Below, in pieces: positions 38,680 to 53,263 of a DNA stretch of 64,000 nt. Each line of letters begins with the position of its first letter. Positions within the stretch are counted from its first letter, which is position 1. Source of the stretch: Octopus vulgaris. Its lineage: Eukaryota. The notes under the pieces are model-generated. The model made no database searches, was not told the DNA's origin, and was given only the letters and a program-made list of their open reading frames with translations. The DNA is taken from assembly GCA_951406725.2 (NCBI GenBank), contig OX597827.1:27404001-27468000 (forward strand), read 5' to 3'. Both the position numbers and the translations under genes were made by a program.

Positions 38680-38738
38680 GGTGCTTGCCATGCGCTGACA
38701 AGAGGCAAATACCTCGAAACCGGTCCGTGTGTAGCATC
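38680..38738 (+). ncRNA. type I hammerhead ribozyme (family A, inverted copy)
   Basis: ggtgct-tgc-catgcg-CTGACAA-gagg-caaata-cctc-GAAA-ccg-GTC-cgtgtg-t-agcatc; palindromic stem III accggt. Confidence 0.7.
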
Positions 38739-38907
38739 CGTATCTTCGGTGAGGCTGATCTTCCTTTGCAGGCTAGCAAGGACACCGTGATGGTGTCGGC
38801 TCTTCTGGTGACGTCGATAGTCGCCTGGGGCTAAATGCATCAGTAACACCCCCACCACCCCGCCCTGTCCCTAGCCACATTCAGATGGCTGATCCCGCTT
38901 ATATTAT

Positions 38908-39014
<107 letters not shown>

Positions 39015-39111
39015 CGGGAAGGTTTACGAAAATAAACAAAAAACGAAGGCAGGTGGAGTACAAACAAACAAATGTATTAGTATGGCGCTCAGGAATAGAA
39101 ATAGAACAAGT

Positions 39112-39305
39112 ACCACGAGTTTTACCCGCGTGAGCGGAAAAGACCACCCGGAAGACCTCCACGACGGTGGAGTGACGATTTCAAGAGGACGATTGGGATC
39201 ACGTGGATGAGAAAGGCGCGATCCAGAGAGGAGTGGACAGCGTGTTGTGACCAGCGGTGTCAAATGGACGCCTGACGGACTGGTCGGTCAAAGTGATTAA
39301 AGTGA
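39112..39305 (+). mobile_element. RTE-clade LINE 3' fragment
   Basis: Translates FYPRERKRPPGRPPRRWSDDF...WMRKARSREEW; short tandem tail aaagtgattaaagtga. Confidence 0.75.
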
Positions 39306-39572
39306 TATGTATGTATGTATGTATGCATGTATGGATGTATGTATCTATGCATGTATGTATGTATGTATGTATGTATGTATGTACGTATGCATGCATAACG
39401 ACAGAAGCAGTAGCAGCACCAGCGGAGGCAATAGAAGTTGTTTTTGTTGTTATCCAAATACTGTGAAAACAACAACTCTGAGAATAACAAAGAAGAGTAA
39501 GAATAATGACAACAAGAACAATATAAGAGCAGCAGTGAGAAAGAAGAACGTGAAGTGGTGAAAAGAAAGAAG

Positions 39573-39614
<42 letters not shown>

Positions 39615-39615
<1 letters not shown>

Positions 39616-40474
39616 GATGGCAAGAAAAGCCCCTTCATGGTAAATACTGGACTAAACTAAACGCAAAAGAAATAGACAAAGAAAAATCCCAGCAATGGTT
39701 GAGAAGCTCAGGACGCAAAGCAGAAACAAAGGGATTTTTAATTGCAGCACAAGACCAAAGCCTCCCCACCAGAAATTACCAAAAACATGTAATGAAAAGA
39801 AATATTACAACTGCAGAATATGTGAAGATGGACAAGAAACAATAAATCATATTATCTCTAGCTGCCCAGTCCTGGCTAAGAAGGAATATATTCACAGACA
39901 TGACAGAGTTGGAACCTACATACATTGGAAGCTATGCCAACATTATGGAATAACAACAGACAAAAGATGGTATAGGCACACACCAGAAAAGGTCACAGAA
40001 AACGAGAAAGCAACCATACTCTGGGATATGCCGATACACACAGATAGAGAAATTAAGGCCAACAGACCAGATATAGTTGTCAGAGATCATGAAGAAAAAA
40101 ATGCTTTCTAATTGATGTATCAATACCGGCTGATGACAACGTGTCTCTAAAAGAAATGGAGAAACTCTCAAAATACAAAGACCTGGAAATAGAGGTAACT
40201 AGAATGTGGAATCTGAAAACAGAAACAATTCCTATCATAGTAGGTGCATTAGGCATGATAAAAAAATATTCAGACAAATACATAACAAAAACACCAGGAC
40301 TTACAAACACATATAACATACAGAAAATTGCACTACTAGGCACTGCACACATCATACGCAGAACACTTTCCATACAATAACCATCAGAGCATCACAACAA
40401 ATCACAGCACATACCCAAGGCACACAGAGCTGCGCTCGGTAGTGAAGTGAAAGCACGCTATAAAAATAAAACTA

Positions 40475-40478
<4 letters not shown>
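39615..40478 (+). mobile_element. R4/Dong-type non-LTR 3' fragment
   Basis: AAQDQ, CRIC...ETINHIISSC, RHD, RPDIVV, KYKDL motifs; (TAA)n both sides. Confidence 0.9.
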
Positions 40479-40565
<87 letters not shown>

Positions 40566-41916
40566 GCTACAATGTGTTGAACTGGAATATGAGTGAAGTA
40601 AAGAATATAGATAGGAAAATACGCAAGCTGCTGAGTTGTAATAGGATGCACCACCCAAAGGCAGACGTAGATCGCCTTTACCTTCCCAGAGCCCAAGGAG
40701 GTCGAGGCCTGATCCAATTTGAACTAGCTTACAAAACAACCACAATTGGACTGGCCAAATATCTCGAAATAACGAATGACTGGATGCTAAAGCTCGTGGA
40801 AAATCACGAGAGACGAAAGAAGCTTCATTCTATCATAAAGGAAAGCAAAAAATTTGCTATTGATCTCGTGTAGGATACCCAAACTAAACAACCCGAGGGA
40901 AATACTGCAACTATTGTTGCAAAGAAGGTAAAAATAATGGCAACGAAAAAAGCGCACGAGCAATTAGCTGATAGGTGGGAGGAGAAACCTCTGCACGGCA
41001 AATATGTGGCCCGCAGCAAACAAGCTGATGTTGACCAGAAGCAAACCCATCAGTGGCTACGGAGCTCAGGGCTAAAAGCAGAGACCGAAGGTTTCATCCT
41101 GGCTGCTCAAGATCAAAGCCTATTAACCCGGAACTAACCAGGCCAATGTGATGAAAAATGGAGCAGACCCAAAATGCCGATTCTGCAACGACATGATTGA
41201 AACAGTGGACCACCTAATCTCTGGATGTAAAGTCTTAGCACCGTGGAGTATAAATTAAGACATGACAGAGTTGACCAATATCTACACTGGCTAATAAGTC
41301 GGTATTACAATATCAAAACTGCCGACAAGTGGTTTAATCACCACCCTGAGGCTGTAACTGAAGGAGAAAATGTAACCATTCTGTGGGACTTTCCAGTACA
41401 TATAGACCGAACCATCAAGGCCAATAAACCAGATATTGTTGTGAAAGATCAAAACAATAAAGTTTGCTTATTGATCGACATGAGCATCCCCTGTGATCAT
41501 AATATCTCAGCGAAAGAGTTTGACAAGCTCAGAAAATATAAAGACCTACTCATTGAAATTGAGAAAATGTGGCATCTCAAGGCGGTTACAATACCAGTGA
41601 TCGTAGGAGCACTAGGAATGATCAAGAAGGGAACCGAAAATTATATGAGAATGATCCCTGGCTTACCATCCCTGCAAGAAGTGCAAAAGATTGTCTTAAC
41701 TGGTACATCACACGTATTGAGAAGAGCATTGTCGATGTGAGAACTGTTGCTGCTCATGTATTTTAATTTAACTTAAAAAAAAAAAGAAAAAAAAAAAGAA
41801 CGAACTATTGAGTTTGGTTTAATGGCCTACCAATGTATACTATGAGTTTCTTTGCCCTAGGAGTCGGGAAGACACTCGGCAAGAAATGGAAGCAAATTTG
41901 AAAGAAGAAAAAAAAA

Positions 41917-41917
<1 letters not shown>
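40566..41917 (+). mobile_element. second R4/Dong-type family 3' fragment
   Basis: HPKADVDRLYLPRAQGGRGL, KPLHG, AAQDQ, RHD, KPDIVV, LIDMSIP, KYKDL; (TAA)n both sides. Confidence 0.9.
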
Positions 41918-41965
<48 letters not shown>

Positions 41966-41976
41966 GGATAATGATA

Positions 41977-42009
<33 letters not shown>

Positions 42010-42025
42010 GTGCCAATAATAAAAT

Positions 42026-42078
<53 letters not shown>

Positions 42079-42621
42079 GAAGAAGAAGAAGAAGAAGAAG
42101 AAGTGGAAAAGAACAAGAAGAAATGGAAAGAGAAGAAAAAGAAGAGTATGATGAATATTATGGTGATGCTGATGAAGATGATGATGAAGGAGGAGGAGGA
42201 AGCGGAGGAATTAAAAGAATAGTCACGTGTCTCTGGGGAAGAGTTTCTTATCTGTAAAAAATTGCCGAGTGACTTAGTGTTTGTTGTATGAAATGGGGCG
42301 TGTTTCTTGGTCCCGTCCCTGGAGAAATTTTAACAGTATGGGGAGAAATAATGAAATTATAGTTACGGCAGCCATCATTGATAATAACAGCGTTCGTTTG
42401 TGTGTGTATGTGTGTGTGTGTGTGTGTGCGTGCGCGAACGCGTGTATTTGTGTGGCTGCAGTACGAAAACGTTGGCATGTATATATACATATACAAACAT
42501 ATATGTATATAGTTGCAGGAGTGGCTGTGTGGTAAGAAGCTTACTTCCCCCAACTCCATGTGAATATATTTGCTAGACGGAAACTGAAAGAAGCACGTCG
42601 TGTGTGTATATATATATATAT

Positions 42622-42656
<35 letters not shown>

Positions 42657-42706
42657 CATACATATATATAAATATATATGTATGTATATAGGTGTGTATA
42701 TATATG

Positions 42707-42743
<37 letters not shown>

Positions 42744-43013
42744 GTATATATGTATGTGTGTCTGTGTGTGAGTGTTTGTGTGTCTGTGTTTGTCCCCCCC
42801 CCCAACATCGCTTGACAACCAATGTTGGCGGGCGTGTTTATGTCTCCTTAAAATTGCGGTTCGGCAAAAGAAACCGACAGAATAAGTACTTACAAAGAAA
42901 AGGCCTGGGGTCGATTTGCTCGACTAAAGGTGGTGCTCCAGCATGGCAGTAGCCAAATGACTGAAACAGGTAAAAGAATAAAAGAAAGACGAATAAAAGA
43001 ATATCTATCTTTT

Positions 43014-43140
43014 TGTGGGCACCGTTTGTGACGGACCCTGGCTTTCGTTTGCTGGACTCAAATCTCATTTGCGGACACAAGGTAAACGAGCCTCCACCAA
43101 CCATTCTGCCGATATGTCACAACAATTGTTGGTGCTATTG
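43014..43140 (+). mobile_element. probable RTE-type LINE extreme 3' end
   Basis: VCDGPWLSFAGLKSHLRT resembles the C-terminal C2H2 finger of RTE ORFs; followed by (TTC)n. Confidence 0.45.
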
Positions 43141-43223
43141 TCTTCTTCTTCTTCTTCTTCTTCTTCTTCTTCTTCTTCTTCTTCTTCTTCTTCTTCTTCT
43201 TCTTCTTCTTCTTCTTCTTCTTC

Positions 43224-43698
43224 CAATCGGAACTCGCGCCATTAGCTACAAAGAATAATCTCTAATTCGAGCCTACTCTAAGCTACTAAGAATGCGTGTG
43301 GCAACTTGAAGATCCACCCACCACACGCGATAGACTGGTGGTTGCACGGGCGCGAAAGCTCCGTTGCTATCCTCATTCCGTTAACGGTGACTTTTAACGG
43401 GTGGAGAGCTGAATCATCCTGGGGTACAGAGGATTCGTAATCTAGACTAGGGTCTGAAAGCTTACCACACCATAGTGGGTTACACCATAGTTTCTCTGCT
43501 TTGTGGCTGTAGTAGGAAGAAAGAGTGAGAGAAAGTTGTGGTGAAAGAATACAGCAGGGTTCACCCCACCCCCGCCGGAGCCTCATAGAGCTTAGGTGTT
43601 TTGCTCAATAAACACTCACAATGCCCGGTCTGGGAATCGAAACCGCGTTTTTACGACTGCGAGTCTACTGCCCTAAACACTGGGCCATTGCGCCTCCA
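43224..43698 (-). mobile_element. SINE family 3 head (43513-43698) fused to a different body
   Basis: Head matches 31901-32080 up to tctttcttcct, then unrelated sequence ending at (AAG)n. Confidence 0.7.
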
Positions 43699-44984
43699 CT
43701 GTTGCTGACGTTGTCGCGCTGCTGCTGTCGTTCTGGTTTTAGCTTCAAGTCGACCGTAACGAGTAGATCTGTTATCTGTTATCTCACACTTGTTTCAGTC
43801 GTTAGACTTCGGCTATGCTGGGACACCACCTTGAAGAATTTTCACCGAACGTGTTGACCCTCAGTGATTATTAAATAATTTTTTAATGCTTCGTACGTAT
43901 TCTCTCGGTTTCTTTTGCAGAACCATTAAGTTATGGGGGCGTAAACATTCCAACACCGGTTCTCGTGCGGTGGGCGGGGGGTGAGTGACAATCGTAGATA
44001 CTAAGTAAAAGATAAAAAAAATATTGCAGGAATATCTTTCTACACAGAGAATTGTTTTCTGGCAGCGAAAATTCTACGGCGTGTTTCTTCTGACATGCGT
44101 GATATACTTCCGTCATCACAGAAATGTAGATCCTGCTTACTTTTGTCATCATGCGTTTTTAATTAATATATATACAAAAGATTATTCTTCTTGTGTGAAA
44201 TCCCGTAAGAAGCTTTCACACCGGGCGAAATACTTAACGTTGTTTTGCCTGTCTTTACGTTCTGAGTTCAAATTCCGCCGAGGTCGACTTTGCATTTCAT
44301 TCTTTCGGGGTCGATAAATTAAGTACCAGTTGAGTACTGCGGTCGATCTAATCGACTGGCCCCCTCCACCAAAATTTTGGGCCTTGTGTTTAGAGTAGAA
44401 AAGAAGCGTTAGCACACCGGGTGAAATGCTTAGCGGTAGTTCGTCTATCTTTACGTTCTGAGTTCAAATTCCGCCGAGGTCGACTTTACCTTTCATTATT
44501 TCGGAGTCGATAAATTAAGTACCAGTTTCGTACTGGAGTCAATCTAATCGACTGACTAACCCCTCTCCAGAAATTTCGGGCTTCGTGCCTAGAATAGAAA
44601 AGAAGCCTACTTCCTGACAACATGGTTCCGAGTTCAGTCCCAATGCGTGGCACCTTGCGCAAGTGTCTTCTACTAAAGCCTCGGACCTACCAAAGCATTG
44701 TGAGCGGATTTGGTAGACGGAAACTGAACGAAGACCGTCGCATATGTATATGTGAGTGTGTTTGTGTGTTTGTGTGTCTTTTTGTCTGTGTAAACGTATC
44801 ATCGCTTGGCAACTGTTGTTAGTGTGTTTACGTCCTCGTAACCTAGCGGTTCGACTGAGACAATAAATACTAGGCTTAAAAAATAGGTCCTGGGGCCGAA
44901 TTGTTCGACAAAACCACTTGAATTTGGTAGACGGATACTGATAGAAGCCTGTCTACTGATAGAAGATGATAGTTCTGTCATACA

Positions 44985-45038
<54 letters not shown>

Positions 45039-45076
45039 CATACACACACACACATACATACATATATATACATACA

Positions 45077-45139
<63 letters not shown>

Positions 45140-46447
45140 ATATATATATATATATATGGAAAATGGGACAAGAACGGAAAATAGACAGTTAGGTGATACA
45201 AAAAGGGACAACAAATCATCCAGAGAGACAATACAAAGAAAACATAATATATATATATATATATACATATATATATACATATAAAGGCACACACTCGCAT
45301 ATATATATATGTGTGTGTGTGTGTGTGTTTGTGTATATATGTATATAAATTGCCGTCTAACTTCTTCACCTGGAGCATATCCAGATATTTCGACAACACT
45401 CGTTACTCCCCCTCCATCCACCTTTTTTTCGCCTTTTCTAATCTGGTGAGATGCTTAATGCGCTAAGATTTTTGGCCAAGTTCTAAGAAATCTCCTTCAG
45501 TCTAGCTGACCGTTAACATTTCAACAACACATTCTATGTTTACAAAAATACAAAAAAGAACGATAAATAAATAAATAAATAAATAAAATTGCTCCGAAAT
45601 AAAGAAAAAATGGAAGAAGGAAACAAACAAGCACAAAAGAAAAAGAAAACAGCAGCAAATTTCTGGTTTTTCCGGTTCAATGATCGAAATGCCAGACCAA
45701 AATGTTTGTTGTGAGGTCAAAAAGAACGGCGATTTTATTTTGGAAGCCAAAGTCGAACTTCAGGAAATCGATTGATCTTAACTCTCGTTCTTTGTTTGTT
45801 TTCTGTTGTTTTTTTGTTTTTTGCCTTCCTTTCTTCTTTTTGTTTTGTTTTCTAAAATAAATCATTATTGATTGTTTAATCATTTTCAGATTTTTCAATC
45901 GCTCTGGAGATCAATTAATGGTGGTATTATATACCGCACCACTACGAATGTTGTTACTCAGCGCTTACGTTCACATCTTCGCATAAAACAGCTTACTGCT
46001 TTGTTCCCGTTTGATTACACGAACCTGTGATCTTTGTATTTGAACAGGTAAACACTTACATCTCGTATTTGGTCATAGTCAAGACTTAACTTTCGGTTTC
46101 CAAAATTGAGCTGAAAATAGCACAGAATAGTTGGTGAGTGAAACATTATATGGTAGAGTTGAGAAACTTATCTTAAAGCCAGCTCAATGCAAACTGGAAA
46201 TAAGTAATACAAACGGAAGTAAGCACTGCAATACGAAAAATAAAACTAAAAGAAAAAGAAACAAAAATTATTAGCAACATTTTCGCCGGCTCTTTATATA
46301 ATGAGTTCAAATTCCTCTGAGATCGATTTTGCCTTCCAAACTTTCGGGGTCGACAAAAAAAAAAGTACCAGTCGAACACCAAGGTCAATGTAACCAACAT
46401 GTCCTTCCCCTCAGATTTACTGGCTTTGGGTCAAAAATTAGAAAGAA

Positions 46448-46487
<40 letters not shown>

Positions 46488-46676
46488 GAAAGCGGCAAGG
46501 TGGCAGAATCGTGTGCACACCGGGCGAAATGCTTAGCGGTATTTCGTCTGCCGTTACGTTCTGAGTTCAAATTCCGTCGGGGTCGATAAATTAAGTACCA
46601 GTTACGTTCTGGAGTCAATATATTTGATTGGCACCCTCCACCAATTTTCAGGGCTTGTGCCTATAGTAGAAAGGGC

Positions 46677-46712
<36 letters not shown>

Positions 46713-47317
46713 GAAGGCAATGGCTCGGCAGAACGTCGTTACTTATATGCATCTGACTTTAACATATGCACCTGTGACCAATTACTAAGATCTTTTAGCT
46801 AAAGAAAGACACATATATATATATACAAGAATAATGCCGGAGGGAAAAAAATAAAATAAGTTTTCTTTCGCTTTGTTAACTCCAAATGTGACAGAATATC
46901 ACATGATCCACGCAGTTCACTTTTCCCACACTTTAATTTCTCGTCGTAGTTTTCATTCCACTCCTTTGCCACCAGTGCATTCCATCTTCTACAATGGTAC
47001 ATTTGTTCTATTAGTATTCAGTATTCATTTTTTTAAACTGCCGTTGCCATATATTATACATTAATATCTGTCCACGGGGACAGATAATCATTGAGTAAAA
47101 GTAATTGCCCCTTGGTTACAAACTGTCTCACTCATATTTCTATTTGTAATTAAATGAATAAAGTCGTTTTATATCTGGCTTTTGTTTGTTTTTTCTTTCT
47201 TTTTAGTCAGGGAATGTTATTACCATATGATAGCATAAAGTAATATGTGCTAATAACTCGGTTTCACTCTAGGCGTGTATAACGGAAAGGAAGTCCATAC
47301 GGAAAATATATACCTTG

Positions 47318-47417
<100 letters not shown>

Positions 47418-48727
47418 CAAGATCAGAATAAAAGTGAAGATTCGGTTATGAAATTAATAAAATTTTTAATTTCAGTCTTTATACGTTTCACTAGCATCCC
47501 TTGATATGCTGTGCGGTAATTGTAGCAAAGATGGTTGCATCGATAACGCCTGATCATCAGAAGAAATCTTCTTATTTTATTTTTTTTCTATTTTTTACTT
47601 ATTTCGGTCTATGTGGCTATGCTGGGGCGCCGCTTTGAAGGGTTTAGTCGAATAACCCGACACTGGGACCCAATTCTTTTAAAGCCTAGTACTTATTCTG
47701 TGGAGTGCAAACATACCATCACCGATTGTTACGTGGTATTAGGAGACACACATAGACACAAAGACACACACACACATATATGTATGTATACATATATGTA
47801 CGTGTATGTGAGTGTGTATACGACGGACTTCTTTCAATTTCCGTCTACAAAATACACTCACAAAGTTTTAGTTGGTCCAAGACTATAGTAGAAGACACGT
47901 GACCAAGGTGTCATGCAGTGCGTCTGAAATTTGGATCGCTTCTGTTAAAAAGTCGAAAACGAATGCCCAGTTTAAAAGAAGACACCCAGTGCTCAAAATA
48001 AAATAAAATGGCCACAGCCTTAGAGCTGAAACGTATTAAAGAATAGAAGAATAAGAACATATATTAACGACAAAAGTACTATCTTTTATAAGACTGAACT
48101 GGTTTCTTTTTCAGTAGAATTAATTAAAAAGTACAATTATTGAAGAAGTTTGGAATCTGTGCTTGAGAGGGCATGCACGCGTACTGAACGCGCTGAAGTG
48201 CTGTGCAGGCTGGGAGATCTAAGCCTAAAGTGGGATGGAATTAAGAATGGATTAAAGAATCTAAGTGTTTATGTAGAGATTGAAAAAGGACTGTCTTGTT
48301 AAAGGCGGGCTGGATAGTATGACTTGGTAAGTAGCGGAAACAAATATGGCTTTCGAATTTTGACACAAGGCCTGCAAAATTTACATCGACCCCAGTGTTC
48401 ATGTAGTACATATTTCATTGACACCGAAAGGATAAAAAGCACAGTCGACTTCGGCGGAATTTGAACTCAGAACGTGCAGACGGACGAAAGCGGAAATACA
48501 TGTTGGTTTCAAAATTTTGACACAAGGCCAGCAATTTGATGGCAGGGATAAGTCGATTGCATCGACCCCCAGTGCTCGACATTACATCTTTTCTCGATCC
48601 TGAAAGGATGAAAGACAAATTCAACCTTGACGGAATTTGATCACAGAACAAAATAAAAGAAAAAAATACGGACGAATGTGGAAGCAAACATTAATTTTGA
48701 AAAAGAAGAGAGAAGAAAGCTCTAAAA

Positions 48728-48825
<98 letters not shown>

Positions 48826-49325
48826 ATTGCATAAATAAATAAGTGGAAGTAGATAAATAAATAGAAGAACGAAGTGAATACTTCAAAGTGAGTGATTATT
48901 ATTATCTCGCGAAAATTTTTGATAACGAAGTCATAGAAATTTAAAATTTAAATTAATGAATAAATAAATTGCCGAGTACATAAATAAATAAATAAATAAT
49001 ATCCATATAAATCAGAGTAAATGTTCTCAAATAATAACTATTCAATATGTGTGCATACACACACACACACATATAGATATGTATATATATATGCATACAC
49101 ACACACCTACGTGTATATGTATGTATATATTATGTAGGCATATATATGCATGTGTGTGTGTGTGTGTATGTATGTCCTCTTGTGTTTTCAATTATTTGAA
49201 TTCCTCTAACAAGGAAGGAAGTGGTTTCTTGCAAAGATGCAAAGCTTCAACTCTGAAATGCAGATGAAGAATATAATGCCGTATGTTGAACTTGAGAAAA
49301 GTCTTGCATATTCTTACTGTTCCGC

Positions 49326-49545
49326 TTACAGAATATATTGTAAAGTGCGTGGAAATATAAGTGATACACCATTAGCTACACGAAGATACAATTATCATTT
49401 GCCTCACGTAAATAGTCCCACAGCCATGGCGGTTTCAACGCCATGGCTGTGGGACTATTTACGTGAGGCAAATGATAATTGTATCTTCGTGTAGCTAATG
49501 GTGTATCACTTATATTTCCACGCACTTTACAAATATATTCTGTAA
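49326..49545. repeat. near-perfect palindrome, about 106-bp arms, 7-nt loop
   Basis: 49326-49431 is the reverse complement of 49439-49545; loop gtttcaa. Confidence 0.95.
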
Positions 49546-50130
49546 TTTTGGGGTAATTTTTCTGTTGCACCCGGTATTTTGTAATTGCATTAAAAGAATT
49601 TCGTATCTCTAGACAGGAAAATTAGTATTTTAAATCACCCGCAAAACAAAAAGAATTCCGTAGAAACTGTAAATGTAAACAAAGTACCTTTCAAAGAAGC
49701 ATGGGCAAGTATCATACCCCGGTATAATCAGCCTATTTTCACCAAGCTTAAAACGCACACAATACACATGTGATAAGCTTATAGAAGCAATGGGAAAACG
49801 TCTATTATTTTGGACAGAAGATAAAACAGATTTCGATTCTGTCTGTCTGTCTATCCGTCTGTCTATCTGACTTTCTGTCTGTCTATGCTTGGTGAGGAGG
49901 GTGTTTATTGGACACCCTGCGGGGTGAAAAACAAAATCCGTCGAAGGGCGGAGGAACTCTTGAGAGTCAACGGCCATCCAATAAATGTCCTGGGGATGTA
50001 TCATGCGCGGGGACATAGAAATAATCGGACTGAATACCCGATCGCGCGGTTAAACCATTGGGAGTGAAGGACTCCTAGCTTTTGTTAGGGCATCCATCGA
50101 CCGTGTAAAACGAGGGACACCTGCATTATT

Positions 50131-50413
50131 CATATGTATGTGTGCACATATGTATGTATACATGTATGTAAGTATGTATGTACATGAATGTACTAGTCTA
50201 TTTTCAAGTATTTGAAATACTCCTCCAGTAAAGAAAGAGGTGGTTCCTAACAAAATACGAAAAGATGTGTGTGTGTGTGTGTGTATGTATACATATATGT
50301 ATATGTTATACATATATATATACATATATATATATATATATGTGTGTGTGTATATGTATATATATATATATATATACATATATATATACATATATATATA
50401 TATATGAATATGC

Positions 50414-50445
<32 letters not shown>

Positions 50446-50457
50446 GTATGCATATTC

Positions 50458-50508
<51 letters not shown>

Positions 50509-50729
50509 TATATATTCGTATATATATATATATATACCTCATATATATATATGTGTGTGTGTGTGTGAGTATGTATACATATAAATATATATACATATAT
50601 ATATATATAATATACCTTTTCGTATTTTGTTAGGAACCACCTCTTTCTTTACTGGAGGAGTATTTAAATACTTGTAGACTAGTACATTCATGTACATACA
50701 TATACATACATGTATACATACATATGTGT

Positions 50730-50735
<6 letters not shown>
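50131..50735. repeat. inverted repeat (about 130-bp arms) around a microsatellite core
   Basis: aatactcctccagtaaagaaagaggtggttcctaacaaaatacgaaaag versus its reverse complement at 50615-50665. Confidence 0.85.
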
Positions 50736-50786
<51 letters not shown>

Positions 50787-51408
50787 TGTCTGTACTATGT
50801 GTGTGGCGAGAGAAAGAGTAAGAAGTACATAGCATGTATTTATAAACAAAATATAACACATTTTTGTCGCCGTTTCTTCTTCTTCTTTTTTTTTCTTCTT
50901 CTTCTTCTTCTTCTTCTTCTTCTTCTTCTTCTTCTTTCTTCTTCTTCTTCTTCTTCTTCTTCTTCTTCTTCTTCTTCTTCCCGCCTCTCTGTTAAGTCTG
51001 CACAATGTCTTATACCTATCTAAACTTCACACCTACCTTCGATATCTTTCAGCTTTTTATATTTTCTCCCTTGCATCTTTTTTGCCGCTCACCTTTTCCC
51101 TATCACAGATACATGTTTACAAAAGCCGTAAGTTCTTACACCTACACGATCCACTCCGTTGTTTCTTTTTTTGTTGTTTTGCTAGCTTTGTTCTTTTTTT
51201 TTCTTCTGTTTCTTATTTTCTCCTCATCAAATTCTAACCACTGACTTAAGAACGTTCTCGATAGAACATACAACATGCCAGATTGTAAACTTCTAAACAG
51301 ACAGCCATCTTTGACATATATTGATTCCACTGGCCACCTGCAGATTGTAAAGATTTTCACACTAACTTCATATACACACAGACACACAGACAGACAGACA
51401 CACACACA

Positions 51409-51452
<44 letters not shown>

Positions 51453-51755
51453 CATATATGCACGCGCATATATACACATCCATATACACACATATACACG
51501 CACGTTTAAAGAATAAGTGTAAGGAGTCCGTCATTGGAAAATCTGTTGGTTGTATTACTCAAAACAATACTCTCAACATTTCTATGGAGTTTTATGTATT
51601 TTTGATAATGCAATCAAACCTCACACACTACATGTGTCCAGTGTGTCTGTGTGTGTATGTACATATCTATATTTAAGCGTTATATGCATTTCTATCTTTC
51701 TATGCACCTAACGATTAGGCAACTGGGTACATATTTGTATACATACATACATACA

Positions 51756-51815
<60 letters not shown>

Positions 51816-52031
51816 TATATCTATATAAATACATATAATTATATAGATAAGATATACATTTACGTATGTATATGAAACTGAAGCAAGCCTTTGAAATGGC
51901 CTCTGCGTTGATGGTTGATAAGGTACGAAGAGCAGTCAAAATCTCCGCCCGGCTCAAATTCTACCCCCACCCCGCAAAAATTACAGGATGATACATTGTA
52001 TAATGTTATATGTCTACCTGTCAGACCTTTC

Positions 52032-52115
<84 letters not shown>

Positions 52116-52124
52116 GTCTATCTA

Positions 52125-52184
<60 letters not shown>

Positions 52185-52260
52185 TCTATATGTCTGTCTG
52201 TCTATGTATCTATCTATCTATCTACCTATCTATCTTTCTTTTGTTATCTTACCGTTTTTA

Positions 52261-52307
<47 letters not shown>

Positions 52308-52851
52308 CTATATCTGTTTACCTACACGCACGCACGTAGGCACACCCTCACACACACTGTTACAAACACACGCACATATATTTACATATATAATATACAC
52401 ATTATATGTATCCCTGTGTGTATGTATTAATGTAAACACACGCACGTGCACACAACACATATAAATAAATCTAATGCCGTAAGAGAAATAATTTGAATGC
52501 CCAGTGACTTTGATAACTAGGAAGAATAAAGTACACTAAATGCCATTGAATATAAATTCTTTATTTACTGTGATCATATTCCCTTCGAGGGAATATAAAC
52601 AAACACCTAGTGGCGTAATAGCAATTGCAGTGAAGCTTTATTGAGTAGGGGAGATAACTTCAGGAACAAAGAATTTTCCGTAATTTACAAATCATTAAAG
52701 AAACAGTGTTTTGTCATTTCATTTGTGGAACACTTCTGTGGAAACGTGTTTCTGTCTAACTAAGCATCATCAGCGGAGCCTTATCAGTCTTGACTTAAGT
52801 CTTATACACCTGAAAACACTAGAGTATTGTTATGGCCTATGACAATTTTTA

Positions 52852-52897
<46 letters not shown>

Positions 52898-52921
52898 CAC
52901 ACACCCACACACATGTACATA

Positions 52922-53260
52922 TAAGTTAAGTTAAGTTAATTTTTTGGCTCAAAAACAAAAGCAAGGCCATGTAGGGCGACATGGAGTTATGTACAGGGAG
53001 GGTGTTCATGCAAATATTTCAGGCCATTTCTGGTCAAAAGAGACTTTGAACCGAGCGGTCGTCGGCATCTTCACTATCTCGTCCGGCAGCTTATTCCACG
53101 GAACCGCAACCCGGGCGGAGAATGCCCCTCTCCTTCGATTGAGATGAAATCGTCGCAGATAGAGCTTTTCGGAGTGACCCCGCAGCCGACGCTCTGGAGC
53201 AGGAGTGAAGAACAGCTCTTTCGAGAGGTTACACTTTCCGCTTATGATGTTGTGAGCGAC
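52922..53260 (-). mobile_element. CR1/L2-type LINE 3' fragment with (TTAAC)n tail
   Basis: RRLRGHSEKL...FSARVAVPWNKLP. Confidence 0.8.
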
Positions 53261-53263
53261 ATA

